Positions 56,398-64,000 of a DNA stretch of 64,000 nucleotides are shown here, piece after piece. Each line of letters starts with the position of its first letter. The stretch's first letter is position 1. The translations under genes were made by a program, and so were the position numbers. The notes beneath the pieces were generated by a model. It was not told the DNA's origin, did no database searches, and worked only from the letters and a program-made list of their open reading frames with translations. Origin of the DNA: a virus; IMG/VR virus record IMGVR_UViG_3300021420_000001, positions 47,481 through 111,480 of that record; one strand, given 5' to 3'.

Positions 56398-56468
56398 GGT
56401 ATCGAAGCAGGCATTTTCGGATGCCTGTCACGATGCCCTTCTTAAGGGTGTCTACATAGGAGAGAGAA
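56398..56468 (+). repeat. structured intergenic element E2 + RBS
   Basis: GGTATCG-AAG-CAGGCATT(TTCG)GATGCCTG-TCA-CGATGCC; alternative hairpin GATGCCCT/AGGGTGTC. Confidence 0.85.
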
Positions 56469-56924
56469 ATGACTGATGACAATACGTCACCATTTGTTCC
56501 TGGTGCGCGCGTTGCAATCCAGAGTAAATACACGACTCACGGCTACACCGAAGGGTTCGTGGACAAGGTCCACAAGCCGCGCGGTAAATACTCCGACTAC
56601 GGGAACATCACGCTGAAGGGTTCTGCCCAACAATACCGGGTCAGCCGTTCGCGGGGTTTCGGGGATGACGTTGGCATGCGTTGGGGTGCATCCTCGACCG
56701 GGGATGAATGGCGGCACACCTTCATCTATCCCTGGGATGCGAAAATTGAAAAGGAGATCGCCGAACAGCGCGAGTCCAATAAGCGCCAACGTCGGATCAA
56801 CCGATTGGAGCAAGCCGTCAAGGCCATGCACCGCGACAACAAACTGCTCGATGGATTCCTCGATACGATCGAAGAGTTCGAGTTGTACGACCAACTCGCG
56901 CCTGTCGAGACGAAGGTTGCGTAA
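56469..56924 (+). CDS. early hypothetical protein
   Basis: follows E2 RBS. Confidence 0.8.
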   Translation: MTDDNTSPFVPGARVAIQSKYTTHGYTEGFVDKVHKPRGKYSDYGNITLKGSAQQYRVSRSRGFGDDVGMRWGASSTGDEWRHTFIYPWDAKIEKEIAEQRESNKRQRRINRLEQAVKAMHRDNKLLDGFLDTIEEFELYDQLAPVETKVA

Positions 56925-56928
56925 ACTG

Positions 56929-57000
56929 ATCCAGCGCAGAGGGCTTCACGGAGCCCTCGACGGTGGATGGTTTTTGTTCACCAAAACATAGGAGAGAGAA
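56929..57000 (+). repeat. structured intergenic element E3 + RBS
   Basis: ATCCAGCG-CAG-AGGGCTT(CACG)GAGCCCT-CGA-CGGTGGAT; alternative hairpin GGTGGATG/TGTTCACC. Confidence 0.8.
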
Positions 57001-57990
57001 ATGACAGACGCAGTTGAAACGATGGCGTTCGCAGGAACTACGCCATGGCATGGTAAGGGGTTCCCAGTCAACAGCAATATGACGCCCCAAGAGATGCTGG
57101 TGGCGAGTAAGACCAATTGGACCGTATCCAAGAAGCCGATCTACTTCGAAAAGGCCGGCAAGATGGAGATCGTGCCCGATCGGTTCGCTCTCATCCGCGA
57201 TTCGGATGAGTCCTGCCTGTCGCTCGTCGGCAGCAAATGGAAAGTCAACCAGAACGAAAAGACGTTCGACTTCTTCTCCAAATACGTCAAGGAAGGCAAG
57301 ATGGGGATGGAGACGGCGGGTTCGCTCTGGTCCGGCCGATACGTCTGGGCGCTCGCGCGGCTCGGTTCCGATTTCGCAATCGGAAAGGACGAGGTCCGCG
57401 GTTACGTCTTATTGGCATCCCCGCACGTCTTTGGGCGGTCGATGCTGATCCAGACCACCGCGATCCGGGTCGTATGTTGGAATACGTTCTCGGCCGCTGT
57501 CGGTTCCAATCTGAAGGGCAAGGGCGGTAACGTGTTCCGCATCCCACATTCCCAGGAGTTCAATGATACGGCCAAGGCAGCCGCCGCATTGACCCTGGGT
57601 CTGGCAACCGAGCAGATGGTCGAGTTCAAGGAGGTCGCGACGTTGCTTTCCAGGAAGAAGGCGACGGCTCCCAAGACCGAGGAGTTCTTCTGCGAGGTCC
57701 TCAAGTTCGATCCCAAGGACGCCGTCAAGAAGAAGGATGGTGAGGACAAGGAGCCCCGCATGTTGTCCAAGTTCCGGGCGGCCCTGACCCATGCTCCGGG
57801 CCAGGAAATGCCCTCGGCTTTGGGCACGTGGTGGGGCAATTTCAATGCGATTACGCACGTGATCGATCATGAGGTCGGCCGCGATCGTGACACCGCGTTG
57901 AAGGCGGCCTGGGTCGGTGGTCACGCCAACCTGAAGCGTGATGCCCTGAAGCTCGCAATCGACTACGCGACCAAGAGTAAGGCGGCGTGA
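57001..57990 (+). CDS. DUF932/DUF945-family protein
   Basis: VETMAFAG.TPWHG.G, METAGSL..GR.VWALA, IRVVCWNT, GTWWG.FNA.T...DH. Confidence 0.88.
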   Translation: MTDAVETMAFAGTTPWHGKGFPVNSNMTPQEMLVASKTNWTVSKKPIYFEKAGKMEIVPDRFALIRDSDESCLSLVGSKWKVNQNEKTFDFFSKYVKEGKMGMETAGSLWSGRYVWALARLGSDFAIGKDEVRGYVLLASPHVFGRSMLIQTTAIRVVCWNTFSAAVGSNLKGKGGNVFRIPHSQEFNDTAKAAAALTLGLATEQMVEFKEVATLLSRKKATAPKTEEFFCEVLKFDPKDAVKKKDGEDKEPRMLSKFRAALTHAPGQEMPSALGTWWGNFNAITHVIDHEVGRDRDTALKAAWVGGHANLKRDALKLAIDYATKSKAA

Positions 57991-58077
57991 TATGAACCGC
58001 TTTATGATCTCGGTCGAGTTGGTGCTGTTCTGGGCTTCGACCATAATGATCGGAGCCATTCTTTTTCTACGCTAAGT

Positions 58078-58151
58078 CACAAGCACAGCAGGCATCTAAG
58101 TCGGTGCCTGTCATGGTTGTGTACTTGCAACCAAAACATAGGAGAGAGAAA
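58078..58151 (+). repeat. structured intergenic element E4 + RBS
   Basis: CACAAGCA-CAG-CAGGCATC(TAAGTC)GGTGCCTG-TCA-TGGTTGTG; alternative hairpin GGTTGT/GCAACC. Confidence 0.85.
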
Positions 58152-58370
58152 ATGCAGTACTATACGTTTTCAGGACCGGCCGACATGAAGTTCGGAAAGA
58201 CGTCGGTCAAGGCGGAAACCGAGAAGGATGCCCGACACCTCGCCATGGTCGCGCGATGGGGGCGTCCCAACGGAAAGCCCCATCCCGGCGATACCGGCCC
58301 AGACGGGCGGTATCTGAGTCACGGGCTCGAGTTGCTCGATATCAGCGACAAACCTCCGGTGGAGGAATAG
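58152..58370 (+). CDS. early small protein
   Basis: follows E4 RBS. Confidence 0.75.
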   Translation: MQYYTFSGPADMKFGKTSVKAETEKDARHLAMVARWGRPNGKPHPGDTGPDGRYLSHGLELLDISDKPPVEE

Positions 58371-58537
58371 ATGCTATACGAGATCAAGGTCTACGAGTCC
58401 TGGGTCAAGGTCAGTGAATGGATTTTCCGTTCCTGGGGCGGACCGCGACGTCTAAATGGTAAACGCTATCGCGGTCCGGTCTACTACCTTGGAACGGAGA
58501 ACTTCACCAAGAAACCTCCAGCGCCGAGTGTGCGCCG

Positions 58538-58930
58538 ATGAGCACCAAATACCGACCCGGGTCCCGGGTCCAACAGGTGTGGGAGGTCTACGAGAAGGAG
58601 GGTGCCGACGGTGCCACAGCCTTTGGAAAAGGGCTTGGGCTCGCCGATGGCACCCTCAAGGGTTGGATGCGGATGTGGTCGACAGGGATTGACAAGAAGG
58701 CGAAAATGCCTTCTCCGCCCATCTCTACCAAGCCTCCGACCAAGGTGATCCGGACGTCCCGATCCATGCTCGGAAAGGAACGTATCCGGGTCATCGGGAT
58801 TGAAGGTGAGGCCTACCTGATCGCACAGGGGCCTGACCAAAGTGAGATTCGTTGGGTGCATAATGGCAACCAGGTTGTCATACCCAACGATTGGATCGAG
58901 GCAGAGTCCAGCGAAGTGCCCTCCGCGTAG
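58538..58930 (+). CDS. early hypothetical protein
   Basis: co-oriented ORF whose stop lies inside E5. Confidence 0.6.
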   Translation: MSTKYRPGSRVQQVWEVYEKEGADGATAFGKGLGLADGTLKGWMRMWSTGIDKKAKMPSPPISTKPPTKVIRTSRSMLGKERIRVIGIEGEAYLIAQGPDQSEIRWVHNGNQVVIPNDWIEAESSEVPSA

Positions 58931-58972
58931 GAGGGCATCACGCTGCACTTACGCAGCATAGGAGAGAGAACC
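58909..58972 (+). repeat. structured intergenic element E5 + RBS
   Basis: CAGCG-AAG-TGCCCTCC(GCGTA)GGAGGGCA-TCA-CGCTG; alternative hairpin GCTGC/GCAGC. Confidence 0.85.
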
Positions 58973-59317
58973 ATGAACGGACTAGGTATCAATCCCAAGC
59001 ATGTTTGGATTATGCACAACCAAGTCGAGCGTTGTCTGCTCTGTGGAAACACAGCGGCAACTCTTGATCACGTCAAGTTCGTCCGGGAACAGAACGCTCT
59101 GCAACCCCAACGCGAGGCCCTTTTCGCATTGGTCCGCGACCCGGATGATTGGAAGGCGCCGATCGAAGCCTTCATCAAATACGCGTGGAACATCCCCGTC
59201 GAAGACATGGATGATGCTATCGTCCATTTCACCGGCGTGGAAAATACGATCGTCCACGATACCTTCGGATATACGATCAAGTCCGTCGGTTATCGCAACG
59301 GTCCGTGTGGTCCCTAA
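58973..59317 (+). CDS. early hypothetical protein
   Basis: follows E5 RBS; DWKAPI...AIVHFTG...GY..GP. Confidence 0.75.
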   Translation: MNGLGINPKHVWIMHNQVERCLLCGNTAATLDHVKFVREQNALQPQREALFALVRDPDDWKAPIEAFIKYAWNIPVEDMDDAIVHFTGVENTIVHDTFGYTIKSVGYRNGPCGP

Positions 59318-59323
59318 GTCCCT

Positions 59324-59392
59324 ACCGGCCGGGCGGCTCCTTCGGGAGCCGTCTCCCGGTGCGGATTGACCGTACCAACATAGGAGAGAGAA
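59324..59392 (+). repeat. structured intergenic element E6 (variant) + RBS
   Basis: ACCGG-CCG-GGCGGCTCC(TTCG)GGAGCCGTC-TC-CCGGT; alternative hairpin GGTGCGG/CCGTACC. Confidence 0.7.
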
Positions 59393-59602
59393 ATGGCTAA
59401 AGCATCTTTGGGACAGCGTCGCGCTCTTCGACTCGTCGACGAGAACCAAGCCTGTCTGAACGAGCGAATCTACCGCCATGGCGTGGACGATCCGAACAAG
59501 CTCAGGCTCGAGTTGGAAGGGCTCCGCAATGCCTGGTTGCATTCGGGGGCCTTGCCCTACACGGAGAACCTGACCATCGTCGACGTCGAAGCGACGCGGT
59601 GA
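59393..59602 (+). CDS. early small protein
   Basis: follows E6 RBS. Confidence 0.7.
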   Translation: MAKASLGQRRALRLVDENQACLNERIYRHGVDDPNKLRLELEGLRNAWLHSGALPYTENLTIVDVEATR

Positions 59603-59790
59603 TTGACGTGATCAGGAAAACGAAAAAGCCCGGCGGGCCCGTCCGATATGATGTCGTTCTTTACGACATCGACCAGAACGGAACTACGATGACCTGGTAT
59701 GTATACTCGGAGGAAGGGGCACAAAGACATGCCACCGACCTCCGCGTACAGCACCCCGGAAAGAAGGTCGAAATTCGGGTCGGAGCATAG
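59599..59790 (+). CDS. early small protein
   Basis: GTGA overlap with the previous stop. Confidence 0.55.
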   Translation: MIDVIRKTKKPGGPVRYDVVLYDIDQNGTTMTWYVYSEEGAQRHATDLRVQHPGKKVEIRVGA

Positions 59791-59866
59791 AGTTCAGCGC
59801 AGCAGGCATCTCAGACGGTGCCTGTCACGCTGTACTACTTACGTATGGCAAACATAGGAGAGAGAA
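59791..59866 (+). repeat. structured intergenic element E7 + RBS
   Basis: CAGCG-CAG-CAGGCATC(TCAGAC)GGTGCCTG-TCA-CGCTG; alternative hairpin GCTGTAC/GTATGGC. Confidence 0.85.
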
Positions 59867-60172
59867 ATGAGTTTCAAGAACATTCGCAATATCGGGCGTC
59901 CATGGCAGTTCAAATTCGCTATGCGCGATCTACTGAACGATGATACGTCGAGCGAGAATGCTCGACGGGTAGCGGAAGCACTTGCTGCTCGCATCAAAAG
60001 CTTTCTGAAACAAACCAATCTACTGGAACCGGCTGCAGCCAAACAAGGTCGGCTTCTTGCAGAACGGTTGGATCGTGCTGCCAAGAATACGGACTACGAC
60101 GTGGACTACTTCAACCATGATCTCGATGTGTTCTGGGATTGGGCAGACGATGCCCGCATCCTAGTTGAATAA
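59867..60172 (+). CDS. early hypothetical protein
   Basis: follows E7 RBS; F...LD.FWDWAD..RI.V. Confidence 0.75.
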   Translation: MSFKNIRNIGRPWQFKFAMRDLLNDDTSSENARRVAEALAARIKSFLKQTNLLEPAAAKQGRLLAERLDRAAKNTDYDVDYFNHDLDVFWDWADDARILVE

Positions 60173-60211
60173 AAGTTCGTAGCGAAGGCAGGCTTTGCGG
60201 AGCCTGCTCAC

Positions 60212-60822
60212 TTCTTAAATAAATCTTCCATCTGTACTTCGAGTCCGCGCTTTAGCATATATAGAATGTTTAAACCTCCTTTCCGTAGTTTGTTTCCGAG
60301 GTTGGATTTTATTTCCTAACATAAGTCTTCGCAATTCTGCCCGACGTTCTGGAGAGCACTTTCTTTCTCGATCATTCTCCAACTTAGTTATAATTCGAAC
60401 ATTTCCGACAGCGTAGGGACCTTTATCACCAAAGCGGGCCATGCAATATTGATCTGCGCGTTTACCACGTTCTTCCCAATGCCCCGAGTCCTGCCAAATC
60501 TTCCACCATTCTTCAAATGTAAACAAAAAAGGAATTTTCCGCCCTCTGGCTGAGCCGATATGTTCACAAAACTTTTGATAAGGTATTGTGGGGTAATTAT
60601 GCTTTGGTGGTTTTGGTTTTCGTGGTTTACGCGGCGATTTAGATCGTTTACGAGTTCCGCTAGCCCAGCTATCTAAAGCAGCCAAACGTATGTTTTCGCA
60701 ATGTTCTGGAGTTCGCGGTTTGCGCTTGTAGATACCACGCGGCATGTTGCTTCTCCCAAAGGTTCTCTGACGATCGGGGAACCCTTGGGAGGAACACCCG
60801 ATCGTCAGGACAACTGCCCGGA
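60212..60822 (-). mobile_element. free-standing endonuclease cassette inserted in E8
   Basis: AT-rich, opposite-strand gene with its own structured leader; boundaries inferred from restoring the E8 stem. Confidence 0.55.
60215..60745 (-). CDS. His-Me finger (HNH-like) endonuclease with NUMOD3-like basic motifs
   Basis: F.FTFEEWW..W..SGHW..RG.....YCMARFGDKGPY.VGNV.I....EN. Confidence 0.75.
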   Translation of the reverse strand: MPRGIYKRKPRTPEHCENIRLAALDSWASGTRKRSKSPRKPRKPKPPKHNYPTIPYQKFCEHIGSARGRKIPFLFTFEEWWKIWQDSGHWEERGKRADQYCMARFGDKGPYAVGNVRIITKLENDRERKCSPERRAELRRLMLGNKIQPRKQTTERRFKHSIYAKARTRSTDGRFI

Positions 60823-60890
60823 GCTACCGAGCGGTTGCTATCCTAAAGGGTTTTCCTCAAAACTGCAAATTTACAACATAGGAGAGAGAA

Positions 60891-61646
60891 ATGAACGATT
60901 CACTGAAGGAAAAATTGATCGAGAAGATTCGCAAGTTGCTTGCGCTTGCGGGTTCATCGAACGAGCATGAAGCGGCTCTGGCCGCCGAAAAGGCTCAAGC
61001 CATGCTTGCCGAGTATAATCTTTCGCTCGCCGACATCGATGACGACAAAGAGTCGGACGACTTCGTCATCGACAAAGAGTTGGAAAATGATTCGTTCCCA
61101 TGGAAGCGCCAGGTCGCCGTCATGGTCGCGAAACTCTACTTCTGCACCTACTTCTTTACGCAGTTCAAGCGTTTCGTCAACCAGCGCATCGTCCGACTCG
61201 ATCGTCATAATTTCGTTGGTGCGCAACACAACATCGCCGTGACCAAGGCGATGTTCGTCTATCTGGTCGCGACGGTGGAACGGTTGGCGCAAGAAGGCGG
61301 TCGGCAGGTTCCGTCCTCCGAACGCGAAGCCTACCGGCGGGCGTTCATGTGGGCCTGTACCCATCGACTCAGTCGGCGCATTGCCGAACGGATCGCGGCG
61401 GCACGTGCCGGCATGGGAATCAAGACCGAATCCGGCAATACGTTGCCCGCACTCGCCAACCTCTACGATCAGGCCGAACAGTCCCTGAAGAACTTTCTGG
61501 ATGGGAATGTCGGCAAGTTGAAGACGGCCAAACGTGGCGGCAAGATCAGTTCCGCGCAGGGTGCCGAAGATGGGCGCGCTGCCGGTGACCGCATCGGCCT
61601 TGACACCCAGTTGACGGGCAAGGCTGCTGCGCATTTGCTGCGTTAA
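60891..61646 (+). CDS. DUF2786-domain protein
   Basis: EKIRKLLALA.SSNEHEA.LA.EKAQAML.EYNL; C-terminal G..DG..AG..I.L. Confidence 0.85.
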   Translation: MNDSLKEKLIEKIRKLLALAGSSNEHEAALAAEKAQAMLAEYNLSLADIDDDKESDDFVIDKELENDSFPWKRQVAVMVAKLYFCTYFFTQFKRFVNQRIVRLDRHNFVGAQHNIAVTKAMFVYLVATVERLAQEGGRQVPSSEREAYRRAFMWACTHRLSRRIAERIAAARAGMGIKTESGNTLPALANLYDQAEQSLKNFLDGNVGKLKTAKRGGKISSAQGAEDGRAAGDRIGLDTQLTGKAAAHLLR

Positions 61647-61658
61647 TAGGAGAGGGAA

Positions 61659-61916
61659 ATGAGCAAAACTACTTTCAACATTCGCGTTGCCGATGGGCCC
61701 GTGCAAAAAATCGAGGTTAAGACGGGTATCTACCGCGATGCAGCGGCAGCTGTGCCTGCGCTCTTAGGCTTAGCACTGCCGATCGTGGTGGAAATTTGGC
61801 ATCCTAAGCTGGTCCCAGAATACGGACCATACCTCTATCGTATCAAAGAGAATGCATTTGGTGGCCTCGTAACTGAGCATTGCATACGCACGCATGGTAC
61901 TGGAGCCCGGAAATGA
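61659..61916 (+). CDS. hypothetical protein
   Basis: RBS variant TAGGAGAGGGAA. Confidence 0.65.
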   Translation: MSKTTFNIRVADGPVQKIEVKTGIYRDAAAAVPALLGLALPIVVEIWHPKLVPEYGPYLYRIKENAFGGLVTEHCIRTHGTGARK

Positions 61917-62218
61917 AGCCCCGCATCGTACGTAAGTACACACAACCTCCAGGGGAGGCATTCGTGCCACCCTCCATCGAACAGAACGACGAGAACGTCT
62001 TTCGGCAGGCGGATTACTTTACCGTCAGCCGAAGGTTTGGGATCGGGGCACCGACGACCATAGCGTATGATGACTTCGCGGAAGCCTGTCTCATCGCATG
62101 GCCGGACGAGAATGCCCTGGTCTACGCCGTGACTGCCATGGGACGATCGACTTGTCTCATTCGGTCCCGGTGGGCCGAATATCTCGCTATCTGGAAACAG
62201 ATGCATGGATTGGCCTAA
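61913..62218 (+). CDS. hypothetical protein
   Basis: ATGA coupling; ALVYAV...GRS. Confidence 0.55.
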   Translation: MKPRIVRKYTQPPGEAFVPPSIEQNDENVFRQADYFTVSRRFGIGAPTTIAYDDFAEACLIAWPDENALVYAVTAMGRSTCLIRSRWAEYLAIWKQMHGLA

Positions 62219-63221
62219 CTTCCTCGACCAGTACCACATCGCATACAACACCACGGGACCTAACACGTCCCGTGGTAACATCGCCGTGCGCTGTCCACTA
62301 TGTGCGTCCGATGAGGATGAACCGCAATATCGGTATATGAGCATTTCCCTTGATGGGAACGGCTATCGGTGCTGGCGTAGACCCAATCAACATTACGGCA
62401 AGAACCCTGCCCGCCTGATCCAGGCACTCATCAAATGCACGTGGGAACAGGCCCAGCGCATCGCAGGTATTGCCGTCCATCTCCCCAATGACTTTGCTGC
62501 ACAGGTCCGCAACACACTGGAACCTCCTCCTACGCGATCTGTCCCTCCCCTCAAACTCCTTCCCGAATTCAAGCCTTTGTCAACCCTTCCCTCATGCCGC
62601 CCTTTCATTTCGTATCTGGAACAACGACGTGGTTTTACCCTTCCCCAGATCACCCAATTCAGCGCCACCTACGGAATCCAATACTGTACCCGAGGTCCGT
62701 TCAAAGGTCGGATTATTTTCCCGATCTTGGCCGTCAACAAACTAGTGACCTGGACCGGACGTAGCATTCATCAATCCGTCGAGCTGCGATACAAGACATT
62801 GAGTTCCGACTACGAGAAAAGCAAGGAGTCAGGACTGCCACAAGCCGTTGCCCCGATCAATCATTACCTTCTCTGGCAGGACGAACTCAAACGCGGGGGT
62901 AGAAGTATCTACTTATGCGAAGGCCCTTTCGATGCGCTCCGCGTCCGTGTCCTGGGTAGTCGCCATGACATAACTGCAACATGTTTTTTCACAGCACAAC
63001 CAAGCGCCCGACAGATTGATTTGCTGCATAATCTACTTCCAAAATTCGAACGTCGTTACCTACTACTCGATCGCGGAACGATGGCGACATCATTACATCT
63101 CGGCTCCTTGTTACAGAGTTTGAACATAGGTATAAAACAGTTACCACCACATAGGAAGGATCCGGGTGAATTATCCGAAAAAGAACTTTTAACCCTTGAT
63201 GCCGACCGATCTTCGGATTAG
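62205..63221 (+). CDS. DNA primase (Zn finger + TOPRIM)
   Basis: CPLC...Y.CWR Zn finger; RIIFP, W.GRS, LCEGPFDA, LLLD, KDPG. Confidence 0.85.
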   Translation: MDWPNFLDQYHIAYNTTGPNTSRGNIAVRCPLCASDEDEPQYRYMSISLDGNGYRCWRRPNQHYGKNPARLIQALIKCTWEQAQRIAGIAVHLPNDFAAQVRNTLEPPPTRSVPPLKLLPEFKPLSTLPSCRPFISYLEQRRGFTLPQITQFSATYGIQYCTRGPFKGRIIFPILAVNKLVTWTGRSIHQSVELRYKTLSSDYEKSKESGLPQAVAPINHYLLWQDELKRGGRSIYLCEGPFDALRVRVLGSRHDITATCFFTAQPSARQIDLLHNLLPKFERRYLLLDRGTMATSLHLGSLLQSLNIGIKQLPPHRKDPGELSEKELLTLDADRSSD

Positions 63222-63378
63222 GTTGGGTCAAGAAGGTTTGGTCAAGTCTGGTGATCAATCGCGAACAACATTCAGGTCCAGCTTAGTTGTTCGCGGATCT
63301 CTCCTAGCTCTGCGGCGGGGCAGAGTCATCCAGGCACCCCGTCCCACCTTTCCTTTCTCGAGTCTGAGGGGACTTGAT

Positions 63379-63927
63379 ATGACAAAGAAAACCGCAAGCG
63401 TAGTGCCGGTCTCGCTGCGTGTGATGGACAAGGGCGCAGTCGGTTGGATGGTCAGTTATGCCAAGAAGAACTATTGGCGCGTTGCGGCGCACTTTGACTT
63501 CGATGATCTCCTACAGGAAGGTCGGGAATGTTACTACTACGTGTTAGCACACTATCCGAACGTCACCGATCGTCCTCATATCATGTCCCTTTTCCAACGC
63601 ACATTCTTTTCCCGCATCCAGGATTTGGCCAACAAGAAGACCAAACAGATCGACCAATGCGAAGGTGATCTGACCTACGACAACGAATTGTATATCGCGG
63701 TCCCTGAACTGGCGACGTTGACGGCCCTCCTTTCGCAGGCGCCTCCCGCCATCAAAAAGGTACTGGAACTCTTTACGACCGAAGCCGGATGCAAAAGGTT
63801 GCGTTCGGAACTCCGCATTGATCGGAGCGGGCACAAGGAAACGCTCAACGAGCGACTCTGTCGGCTCGCCGGGCTCGATCCCGAAGCCCATGACATGGTC
63901 GAAACTTTCCAGAATTACTTCTCCTAA
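63379..63927 (+). CDS. sigma70 region-2-like protein
   Basis: DFDDLLQEG...Y...F...F..RI.DL pattern; ATG 63379 preceded by GAGGGG. Confidence 0.5.
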   Translation: MTKKTASVVPVSLRVMDKGAVGWMVSYAKKNYWRVAAHFDFDDLLQEGRECYYYVLAHYPNVTDRPHIMSLFQRTFFSRIQDLANKKTKQIDQCEGDLTYDNELYIAVPELATLTALLSQAPPAIKKVLELFTTEAGCKRLRSELRIDRSGHKETLNERLCRLAGLDPEAHDMVETFQNYFS

Positions 63928-64000
63928 AGTCACGTATGTCCTAGTTATGCCTTTCCCTACCCGTGACGATATCATCTACCAATCCACCAAGACCTACGTC

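Larger units (their letters stand above)
60177..60890 (+). repeat. element E8, split by an HNH insertion
   Basis: GTAGCG-AAG-GCAGGCTT(TGCG)GAGCCTGC-TCA-C ends at 60211; complementary GCTAC resumes at 60823; RBS at 60877-60890. Confidence 0.65.

Noticed and set aside
56135-60211. Elements E1-E8 as intrinsic terminators or degenerate hammerheads
   Set aside because: No U-tract follows the P2 hairpins; they lack CUGANGA, and several have GCAG in place of GAAA.
56135-60890. Integron attC cassette array
   Set aside because: No consistent RYYYAAC/GTTRRRY boxes and no integrase in the window; G-U pairs and UUCG loops favour an RNA structure.
55720-61660. CRISPR array interpretation of the recurring CATAGGAGAGAGAA motif
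   Set aside because: Repeats are short RBSs separated by whole genes of very different lengths, and no cas genes are present.
1-64000. tRNA/rRNA genes and a prophage attachment site
   Set aside because: No cloverleaf with T-loop/D-loop consensus, no integrase and no host-gene boundary seen by eye; a tRNAscan-SE/ARAGORN run would be decisive.

Overview
A 64-kb stretch of a large tailed dsDNA phage genome, probably infecting an Alphaproteobacterium of the Hyphomicrobiales (it carries GcrA and an Omp25/RopB-type outer-membrane protein). No integrase, rRNA, tRNA or CRISPR array was seen. Positions 1-46.9 kb are transcribed leftward. They hold accessory and regulatory genes (ProQ/FinO, RlaP-type nucleotidyltransferase, alarmone hydrolase, QueF, amidoligase, LMW-PTP, NusG/RfaH-like, PAPS-reductase-like, CspA), then TerS/TerL, DUF1073 portal, MuF, DUF2213 protease, scaffold, decoration, DUF2184 capsid and DUF4054 connector. 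A ~15-kb block of fibre/depolymerase genes and glycan-building enzymes follows. Positions 47-64 kb run rightward: QueE, DnaB, GcrA, a DpdA/TGT-like transglycosylase, SNF2 helicase, HNH, an early-gene array, primase and a sigma-like protein. Most notable: (1) an RNA-processing architecture in the early region, with a type II hammerhead-like ribozyme whose flank can hide the first RBS, followed by eight structurally conserved switchable hairpins, each before a CATAGGAGAGAGA RBS; (2) head proteins built as strings of small cargo modules (Nudix, HiPIP-like, zincin-like) separated by [A/G]-x-D motifs; (3) a ProQ/FinO gene abutting a predicted ~85-nt sRNA and a ~430-nt structured non-coding region; (4) a probable virion-glycosylation island with a TPP sugar-branching enzyme pair; (5) preQ1-type 7-deazaguanine DNA modification genes. 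All family assignments come from motif recognition by eye, not database searches.
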